Below, in pieces: positions 58,172-64,000 of a stretch of 64,000 nucleotides of DNA. Source of the DNA: Methylococcales bacterium (GTDB lineage Bacteria > Pseudomonadota > Gammaproteobacteria > Methylococcales > Methylomonadaceae); assembly GCA_003584895.1 (NCBI GenBank), contig QVQF01000152.1, forward strand, positions 2,140 to 66,139, given 5' to 3'. Every line of letters begins with the position of its first letter. Within the stretch, counting starts at the first letter, position 1. The translations under genes and the position numbers were made by a program. Below the pieces are notes generated by a model. It had not been told where the DNA came from. It saw nothing but the letters and a program-made list of their open reading frames with translations, and made no database searches.

Positions 58172-58558
58172 ATGAGCTGGAGAGAAGTAAAGCATGAGGA
58201 TGTTTATAGCGATGAACAGGTAAATGCACGCTTAGTCGATGAGCTGGCACATTGGTATTTAGAAAACGGTTGGATACGCCGTAAATATAAAACCAGTGGT
58301 TGGAAAGCCACCTTAATGGTGGTTAATACCGTGGGGCATTTAGCTGAGGCGGCGTTTCATCACCCAGATTTAGCTGTTTCTTATGTCTTTGTGATTGTTA
58401 AATTAAAAAATCATGCGGCTAAAGGCATCACCAATAAAGATTTTGAGTTGGCCCAGAAGATTGAAGAAGTGGTGATGTGGCAACCGGGTAAAAAAGCCGG
58501 CAGTGCCTTAGAAGGCACGCCCGATGATGTGCGCTTTAAATACCTTAAATATGATTGA
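58172..58558 (+). CDS. Pterin-4a-carbinolamine dehydratase family protein
   Basis: 128 aa. AEAAFHHPDLAVSYVFVIVKLKNHAAKGITNKDFELAQKIE matches the PCD/DCoH core. Confidence 0.7.
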   Translation: MSWREVKHEDVYSDEQVNARLVDELAHWYLENGWIRRKYKTSGWKATLMVVNTVGHLAEAAFHHPDLAVSYVFVIVKLKNHAAKGITNKDFELAQKIEEVVMWQPGKKAGSALEGTPDDVRFKYLKYD

Positions 58559-58571
58559 TCATTTAAAAGTC

Positions 58572-58603
58572 GTAGGTCGGGTTAGCGTAGCGTAACCCGA
58601 CAT
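58572..58603. repeat. REP-like hairpin unit (GTAGGTCGGGTTAGCG family)
   Basis: gtaggtcgggttagcgtagcgtaacccgacat, 14 nt after the stop of the PCD-like gene. Confidence 0.8.
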
Positions 58604-58635
58604 TTTGAGGCGCATTCTTGAGGGTGCTCATAGAA

Positions 58636-58920
58636 TCAACTCTTTAACGCCCGCTGCCGCCTAGCTTCTTTTGGGTCATTATGTAAAGGACGATAAATTT
58701 CGACTCTATCCCCCGTCTTTAACAAATCCTCTAGTTTACAAACACTGCCAAATATACCGATATTGAACGCGGTTTTATTGATGTCTGGATAAAGGTCTAA
58801 TAGCTTGGATGCGCTAATAGCTTCTTCTACCGTAGCGCCTTTAGGCAAGTTGACGGCGATAATAGTTTGCTGTTCAGGTAAAGCATAGGCCACTTCAATA
58901 GTGATAAATTCTTCAACCAT
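58636..58920 (-). CDS. rnfH: RnfH family (UPF0125) ubiquitin-like protein
   Basis: The start is moved to the internal Met ([18 protein letters not shown]...), giving ~95 aa. [10 protein letters not shown] is typical. It overlaps ratA by 8 nt. Confidence 0.8.
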   Translation of the reverse strand: MVEEFITIEVAYALPEQQTIIAVNLPKGATVEEAISASKLLDLYPDINKTAFNIGIFGSVCKLEDLLKTGDRVEIYRPLHNDPKEARRQRALKS

Positions 58921-59344
58921 AAACTTGTTTAGCGCGTTGGGTAAAGGAGGCCACCATGGTATTGCAAATTTGGTTAAATACAGCGCCAAAAGCGAGATTG
59001 GCCAGTTTGCCCGGCATTTCAAATTCTAAATCTAAGGCGATTTTGCAAGCATCTTCTCGTAAGGGCGTAAAGGTCCATACGCCATCTAAATGAGAAAAGG
59101 GGCCATTCAATAAAGAAATGGTCATTTTGCTACCGTGCTCAAGTTGGTTTCTGGTAGAGAAGGCTTTTTTAAATCCACCTTTAGCAATGAGTAATTCCGC
59201 TTCAATGGTATCACCCTCGGTCTTGAGTATGCGACTGCCGCCACACCAGGGCAAAAACTGCGGATAGGCTTCAATGTCGCAGACTAAGTCGAACATTTGC
59301 TGCGCAGAAAACTTAACTAAGGCACTTTTTTGGACTAGTGTCAT
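58913..59344 (-). CDS. ratA: SRPBCC/RatA-family (ribosome association toxin-like, CoQ-binding) protein
   Basis: 143 aa. [17 protein letters not shown]... is typical of RatA/YfjG. It is paired with rnfH and lies near smpB, as in E. coli. Confidence 0.8.
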   Translation of the reverse strand: MTLVQKSALVKFSAQQMFDLVCDIEAYPQFLPWCGGSRILKTEGDTIEAELLIAKGGFKKAFSTRNQLEHGSKMTISLLNGPFSHLDGVWTFTPLREDACKIALDLEFEMPGKLANLAFGAVFNQICNTMVASFTQRAKQVYG

Positions 59345-60705
59345 TACAACACTCCGACGACATGCAGAAAGACCAAGAAGACCGCTAAAGGGGCTACATA
59401 CCGCGTTAATACCATCCAGAGTTGGTAAGTCTGAACATTAGGCATATTCAGTTCTTGTTCGCTATGTTGTTGCTTCATAATCCAACCGGCAAACACGGCA
59501 ATACAAAAGCCGCCTATCGGTAGCATTAAGTTAGCGGTTAAGTAATCTAATAACTGAAACAGAGTTCTATCGAAAAACTTAACATTAGACCAGATATTAA
59601 AGGAGAAGATCGTGGCTAAGCCTAATAACCAAGCGGCTAAGCCTGACCATACGCAGGCCTTCTCGCGGCTAAAGTTCTTATTCTCAACTAACCAAGCAAC
59701 GGCCGGTTCAATTAAAGAAATTGAAGAGGTGAGGGCGGCTATGCTCAGCATTACAAAAAATAAAATGCCGACGATCCAGCCGCCGGTCATGTTGCCGAAA
59801 GCAATGGGTAAGGTTTGAAAGATAAGGCCGGGGCCTGTATCGGGATGTAAGTTGTTAGCAAAGACGATAGGAAAAATGGCTATGCCGGCTAATAAGGCGA
59901 CTAAGGTATCTGCACCGGCAATGATGAAAGCGGTTTGAGCAATCGATACGCCTTTAGGTAAGTAAGAGCCATAAACCATAATAGCGCCCATACCTAAACT
60001 TAAGGTAAAAAAAGCATGGCCCATCGCGGTTAATACTGAACTGCTAGTTAGTTTGCTAAAGTCAGGTACAAACAAAAAATTCAGACCTTTAAAGTAACTG
60101 TCTGTGGTCATGGCATAGCCAACTAACAATAGCATTAATACAAATAGGGCGGGCATTAGCCATTGCACGGCTTGTTCTAGACCTTTATTAACGCCACGCA
60201 CCACAATCAGTAACGTAGCCGCCATGAATAAGGTGTGCCAAAAAATCATTTGCACGGGGCTGGCAACAAAGTCATCAAACAGGGTTTTAATGGTCGCGCC
60301 ATCGGCATCAAAAAAGCTTCCTACAAAGGCTTTGGCAATGTACGCGGTGGCCCAGCCGGCAATAACGCTGTAATACGAGAGTATTAATAACCCAGCAATG
60401 ACGCCCATCCAGCCTAAATAATGCCAGTTTTTATCGGCACCCGCTTCTTCAGTGAGTAGCTCCATCGTTTCTATAGGATTGCGTTGACTACGTCGACCTA
60501 GCATGGTTTCAGCTATCATAATCGGTATGCCTATTAACAAGACACAGGCTAGATAAACGAGGACAAAGGCGCCGCCGCCATTTTCACCGGTAATGTAAGG
60601 AAACTTCCAGATATTGCCGAGTCCTACTGCTGAACCCGTAGCTGCGAGTATAAAAGTGAATCGTGATGACCATGCACCATGAGCTGATTTTGTTATTTCC
60701 GTCAT
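59344..60705 (-). CDS. Sodium-dependent transporter, NSS/SNF family
   Basis: 453 aa with about 12 TMs. The hallmark AATGSAVGLGNIWKFPY is present. Confidence 0.9.
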   Translation of the reverse strand: MTEITKSAHGAWSSRFTFILAATGSAVGLGNIWKFPYITGENGGGAFVLVYLACVLLIGIPIMIAETMLGRRSQRNPIETMELLTEEAGADKNWHYLGWMGVIAGLLILSYYSVIAGWATAYIAKAFVGSFFDADGATIKTLFDDFVASPVQMIFWHTLFMAATLLIVVRGVNKGLEQAVQWLMPALFVLMLLLVGYAMTTDSYFKGLNFLFVPDFSKLTSSSVLTAMGHAFFTLSLGMGAIMVYGSYLPKGVSIAQTAFIIAGADTLVALLAGIAIFPIVFANNLHPDTGPGLIFQTLPIAFGNMTGGWIVGILFFVMLSIAALTSSISLIEPAVAWLVENKNFSREKACVWSGLAAWLLGLATIFSFNIWSNVKFFDRTLFQLLDYLTANLMLPIGGFCIAVFAGWIMKQQHSEQELNMPNVQTYQLWMVLTRYVAPLAVFLVFLHVVGVL

Positions 60706-60803
60706 TTTGAGCGCCTATTAAATACTCACCTTATTAATAATATCGAGTAAAATAGCAAAATAATTCCTTTACGTCAGTTTATAAATCGAAAAACCTACTT
60801 ACT

Positions 60804-61289
60804 ATGGCCGATAAGAAGTCCAAAAAGAACAAAGATCAGCAAAATGCAACCATTGCTGTCAATCGTCAAGCTAAGCATGAATATTTTATTGAAGAGCGCT
60901 TTGAAGCAGGGATAGTCCTAGAAGGCTGGGAAGTTAAAAGTCTACGAGACGGTCGTGTTCAGCTTAAAGAAAGTTATGTGCTGTTAAGGCGTGGTGAAGC
61001 CTGGCTATCCGGTGCGCATATTTCCGCCTTGCTGTCGGCTTCTACGCATATCAAGCCCGATGCTATTCGCCATAAAAAATTATTACTTAATCGCCATGAG
61101 TTAAACAAGCTGATAGGTTCGGTAGAGCGCAAAGGTTATACCTTAATTCCTTTGTCGATGTATTGGAAGAATGGCCGTGCTAAATTAGAGATAGGTCTAG
61201 CCAAAGGTAAGCAATTGCACGATAAGCGAGCTACTGCTAAGGATCAAGATTGGCAGCGCGAAAAAGCTCGTATTATGAAGAAAGCTTAG
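60804..61289 (+). CDS. smpB: SsrA-binding protein
   Basis: 161 aa. [29 protein letters not shown] is the classic SmpB sequence. Confidence 0.95.
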   Translation: MADKKSKKNKDQQNATIAVNRQAKHEYFIEERFEAGIVLEGWEVKSLRDGRVQLKESYVLLRRGEAWLSGAHISALLSASTHIKPDAIRHKKLLLNRHELNKLIGSVERKGYTLIPLSMYWKNGRAKLEIGLAKGKQLHDKRATAKDQDWQREKARIMKKA

Positions 61290-61294
61290 GTCGT

Positions 61295-61378
61295 GTAGGT
61301 TGGGCTGCATGTTTTACGCAGCCCAACATCATTATGTTGCCATGTTGGGTTAACGATAGAGCTGTTAGCCCAACCTAC
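61295..61378. repeat. REP-like inverted pair, GTAGGTTGGGCTGC subfamily
   Basis: gtaggttgggctgcatgttttacgcagcccaacat (10-bp stem), then atgttgggttaacgatagagctgttagcccaacctac in the opposite orientation. Confidence 0.75.
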
Positions 61379-61403
61379 ATTTTATTTACCAATTTATTAA
61401 ATC

Positions 61404-61970
61404 ATGAACCCACATCCAAATGTACTTTGCGCTGAACACAGCGTATTAATTGTTGTTGATATACAAACCAAGTTAGCCGACGCCATGCCTCCTTCAGAAG
61501 CCAAGCTGATGTTAACTAATACAACAGCGCTACTTGAAGCAAGTGGATTAATGTCTGTGCCTGTCTTAGTGACTGAGCAATATCCTAAAGGCCTGGGCGT
61601 TACCGATTTAAGTTTAGTTAATAAGCTACCAGAGACGGCACAGCGCTTTGAGAAAACTGGATTTTCTTGTTGTTTGGCGGCAGGATTTTCTGAGGCTTTG
61701 GCACAAACTGGTCGTAAACAAGTGATTTTAGTGGGTCTGGAAACCCATGTCTGTATTATGCAATCAGCCTTAGCCTTGCAAAATCAAGGTTATCAAGTTT
61801 ATGTGATAGAAGATGCCGTGTGTTCAAGAAAGATTGATCATAAGTTTTATGCGCTACAGCGTATGCAACAGCAAGGTATTACGCTAATTAATTATGAGTC
61901 TGTGCTATTCGAATGGTTAAAGGATGCAAGCCACCCTGATTTCAGAGCTATTTCAGGATTGTTGCGTTGA
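61404..61970 (+). CDS. Isochorismatase-family hydrolase
   Basis: 188 aa. LIVVDIQ near the N-terminus and the catalytic-Cys region LVGLETHVCIMQSA. Confidence 0.8.
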   Translation: MNPHPNVLCAEHSVLIVVDIQTKLADAMPPSEAKLMLTNTTALLEASGLMSVPVLVTEQYPKGLGVTDLSLVNKLPETAQRFEKTGFSCCLAAGFSEALAQTGRKQVILVGLETHVCIMQSALALQNQGYQVYVIEDAVCSRKIDHKFYALQRMQQQGITLINYESVLFEWLKDASHPDFRAISGLLR

Positions 61971-61993
61971 TTAGGTGTATGGATAATTAACGT

Positions 61994-62070
61994 ATGTCGG
62001 GTTAGCGATAGCGTAACCCGACAATTCGTAGTTCATTGTGTCGGGTTACGCTATCGCTAACCCGACCTAC
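61994..62070. repeat. REP-like pair forming a 28-nt perfect inverted repeat
   Basis: 61996-62023 gtcgggttagcgatagcgtaacccgaca, a 15-nt spacer, then 62039-62066 tgtcgggttacgctatcgctaacccgac, with the terminal ctac of the family. Confidence 0.85.
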
Positions 62071-62109
62071 AGATCTACATAAATTTATCTTTCTTTTGAG
62101 GTTTTAAAT

Positions 62110-62463
62110 ATGACATTAGTCGTGTTTATTGAAAAAATACACAACCAGACCCCTGTTACGTTTAACGAAACGATTTCAGTTATTAGTGATAACTATCACT
62201 ATACGGCCACTGAATTTAGTAATGGCCTAGCTGAGCATCTCTTAGTGAATGAGGCTGGTACTAACGAAGGTTCTTGCAAGATCTTTGCTTTTGCGGCTTT
62301 GCAGCAGTTGGATCAGCAGCAAACGTTAAATCTATTCGGCGATTATTATCGGCTAGATGTTTTAAATGATCCGCATGGCACGGGGCATCAGAATATCCGC
62401 AATTTTATGGCTGATGGTTGGGCTGGAATTAGCTTTAAAGGCCAAGCATTAACGACTATTTAG
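62110..62463 (+). CDS. HopJ-family protein (type III effector HopJ-like domain)
   Basis: 117 aa. NEGSCKIFAFA...LFGDYYRLDVLNDPHGTGHQNIRNFMADGWAGISF matches my recollection of the HopJ family. Confidence 0.65.
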   Translation: MTLVVFIEKIHNQTPVTFNETISVISDNYHYTATEFSNGLAEHLLVNEAGTNEGSCKIFAFAALQQLDQQQTLNLFGDYYRLDVLNDPHGTGHQNIRNFMADGWAGISFKGQALTTI

Positions 62464-62515
62464 TCAGTACTATTAACTTCTTACTACTCTAAAAATTAAT
62501 CTTTATCTTACTATA

Positions 62516-63919
62516 ATGACTATTACTACACGCTTTGCTCCAAGCCCAACGGGCTATTTACATGTCGGCGGTGCTCGTACGGCTTTGTTTTCTTGGCTGT
62601 ATGCACGTAAATCGGGCGGGCAATTTATTTTACGTATTGAAGATACTGATTTAGAGCGCTCTACTCAAGAATCCGTTAATGCTATATTGGAAGGTATGGC
62701 TTGGTTAGGCTTAGATTATGATCTAGGGCCTTTTTATCAGACTCATCACTTCGATCGTTACAAAGAAATTATTCAGCAGTTAATTGCTCAAGGCGATGCC
62801 TATTATTGCTATTGCAGTAAAGATGAATTGGAACAATTGCGCACCGAGCAAATGGCCAATAAAGAAAAGCCACGCTATAACGGTAAATGTCGTGATGCTC
62901 AAGTTGTTGAGTTAGCTAGAGAGCCAGTGATACGCTTTAAGAATCCGGTTGATGGTGTGGTCACGATTCCAGATTTAGTGAAGGGCGATATTGTGGTCGC
63001 TAATAAAGAATTGGATGATTTAATTATTGCTAGAGGCGATGGTACACCTACCTATAACTTAACGGTGGTGGTGGATGATATGGACATGAAAGTCACTCAT
63101 GTCATTCGCGGTGATGACCATATCAACAATACACCTAGACAAATGAATATACTGAATGCGCTGGGTGCAGAACTACCTAAGTATGCGCATTTGCCGATGA
63201 TCTTAGGTGCAGATGGCGCGCGCTTATCAAAGCGTCATGGCGCAGTCAGTGTTATGCAGTTTCGTGATGAGGGCTATCTGCCAGAGGCGTTGTTAAATTA
63301 TTTGGTGCGTCTAGGTTGGTCTCATGGCGATCAAGAAATTTTTTCTTTGGATGAGATGGTTGAGTATTTTGAATTAGCTGATGTTAATGTTTCTGCCTCG
63401 ACGTTTAACATGGAAAAGTTATTGTGGCTAAATCATCACTACATTATGACTGCTGAACCTGAGCATGTTGCACGACATTTAAGTTGGCACATGGGGCAGT
63501 TAAATCTTGATCTATCTGCTGGTCCTGCCTTAGCTGATGTGGTTAAGATACAAAGAGAGCGTAGTAAAACCTTGGTTGATATGGCGGCAGCCAGTGTTTA
63601 TTTTTACAAAGAATTCGACAATTATGATGAGAAGGCGGTTAAAAAGAATTTTACCGTAGGCTCTGATCTGGTGTTGTCTAGCCTGCATGAGCAATTGCTT
63701 ACTTTAGCGGACTGGAAGGCTGAGTCTATTCATGATGTCATCGTTAATTTAGCGGAATCACTGACACTTAATATGGGTAAGGTGGCTCAGCCTTTACGTG
63801 TTGCTGTTTGTGGCTGTGCTGTTTCTCCCGCAATCGATATTACTGTAGAGTTGCTAGGGCAAGAAAAGACCTTGGCTAGGCTAGAAAGAGCCATCAGTTA
63901 TATAAAAACATTAAATTAG
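62516..63919 (+). CDS. gltX: Glutamate--tRNA ligase
   Basis: 467 aa. [21 protein letters not shown] (HIGH motif) and RLSKRHG (KMSKS motif). Confidence 0.95.
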   Translation: MTITTRFAPSPTGYLHVGGARTALFSWLYARKSGGQFILRIEDTDLERSTQESVNAILEGMAWLGLDYDLGPFYQTHHFDRYKEIIQQLIAQGDAYYCYCSKDELEQLRTEQMANKEKPRYNGKCRDAQVVELAREPVIRFKNPVDGVVTIPDLVKGDIVVANKELDDLIIARGDGTPTYNLTVVVDDMDMKVTHVIRGDDHINNTPRQMNILNALGAELPKYAHLPMILGADGARLSKRHGAVSVMQFRDEGYLPEALLNYLVRLGWSHGDQEIFSLDEMVEYFELADVNVSASTFNMEKLLWLNHHYIMTAEPEHVARHLSWHMGQLNLDLSAGPALADVVKIQRERSKTLVDMAAASVYFYKEFDNYDEKAVKKNFTVGSDLVLSSLHEQLLTLADWKAESIHDVIVNLAESLTLNMGKVAQPLRVAVCGCAVSPAIDITVELLGQEKTLARLERAISYIKTLN

Positions 63920-63921
63920 GG

Positions 63922-63950
63922 TTGGACTTTTTTGGCTTTTCCTGTAGAAT
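63922..63950 (+). promoter_or_regulatory. Candidate sigma70 promoter for the tRNA gene
   Basis: TTGGAC - 17 nt - TAGAAT, followed by a GC-rich discriminator (gcccg). The -10 lies about 18 nt upstream of tRNA position 1. The -35 matches the consensus at only 3 of 6 positions. Confidence 0.35.
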
Positions 63951-63967
63951 GCCCGTTCTTACATAGA

Positions 63968-64000
63968 GGGGCTATAGCTCAATTGGTAGAGCGCTTGCAT
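63968..64000 (+). tRNA. tRNA-Ala, 5' part only (truncated by the window end)
   Basis: ggggctatagctcaattggtagagcgcttgcat matches the acceptor stem, D arm and anticodon-stem 5' strand of E. coli-type tRNA-Ala(GGC) (GGGGCTATAGCTCA...GAGCGCTTGCAT). The anticodon itself lies outside the window. Confidence 0.8.

Noticed and set aside
59344-60705. NSS-family transporter inserted between ratA-rnfH and smpB as a possible island
   Set aside because: It is a single ordinary transporter gene with a 1-nt overlap to ratA. I saw no compositional shift and no mobility genes, so it is probably lineage-normal synteny.
61290-61403. Expected ssrA (tmRNA) gene immediately downstream of smpB
   Set aside because: The gap is only 114 nt and is filled by REP-like repeats. 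No GGGGCTGATTCTGGATTCGAC-like 5' end is present. tmRNA must lie elsewhere.

Overview
About 64 kb of chromosome from a low-GC genome (around 40% by eye). The gene order looks gammaproteobacterial: yciI-bolA-ppiC, recJ, rimK, uvrC-pgsA, sspAB-petABC-hisCDG-murA-mlaB/D/E/F, aceEF-lpd, trkAH, xseA, ratA-rnfH/smpB, and gltX followed by a truncated tRNA-Ala(GGC). I saw no transposase, integrase, CRISPR array or rRNA. Most of the window is housekeeping, but several parts deserve a second look. (1) An ~11 kb glycan-modification island lies between rimK and uvrC (4546-15575). Its minus-strand arm is GC-richer and encodes MBOAT, an SGNH-like partner, GT4, GT2, a membrane-anchored deacetylase-like protein and a PAPS-type sulfotransferase. 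A divergent plus-strand operon encodes a CapK/PaaK-like adenylating enzyme, an alpha/alpha-toroid protein with QW-like repeats and a stand-alone formyltransferase-like enzyme. No polymerase, flippase or exporter is present. The adjacent deacetylase-like and sulfotransferase genes suggest an N-deacetylation/N-sulfation route, which is my best candidate for an undescribed system. (2) A hoxF-hoxU-hoxY operon has an intact small subunit but no hoxH large subunit or maturation protease. (3) A perfect FNR box lies next to an fnr gene and upstream of an unannotated 39-codon lipoprotein ORF. (4) A G9 tract sits inside the ribosome-binding region of an SPFH/stomatin gene. (5) At least three families of hairpin (REP-like) repeats are scattered in intergenic regions. 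(6) An orphan tusB/dsrH sits next to a two-cysteine DsrC-type protein. All functional calls rest on motif and family recognition by eye; I ran no database searches.
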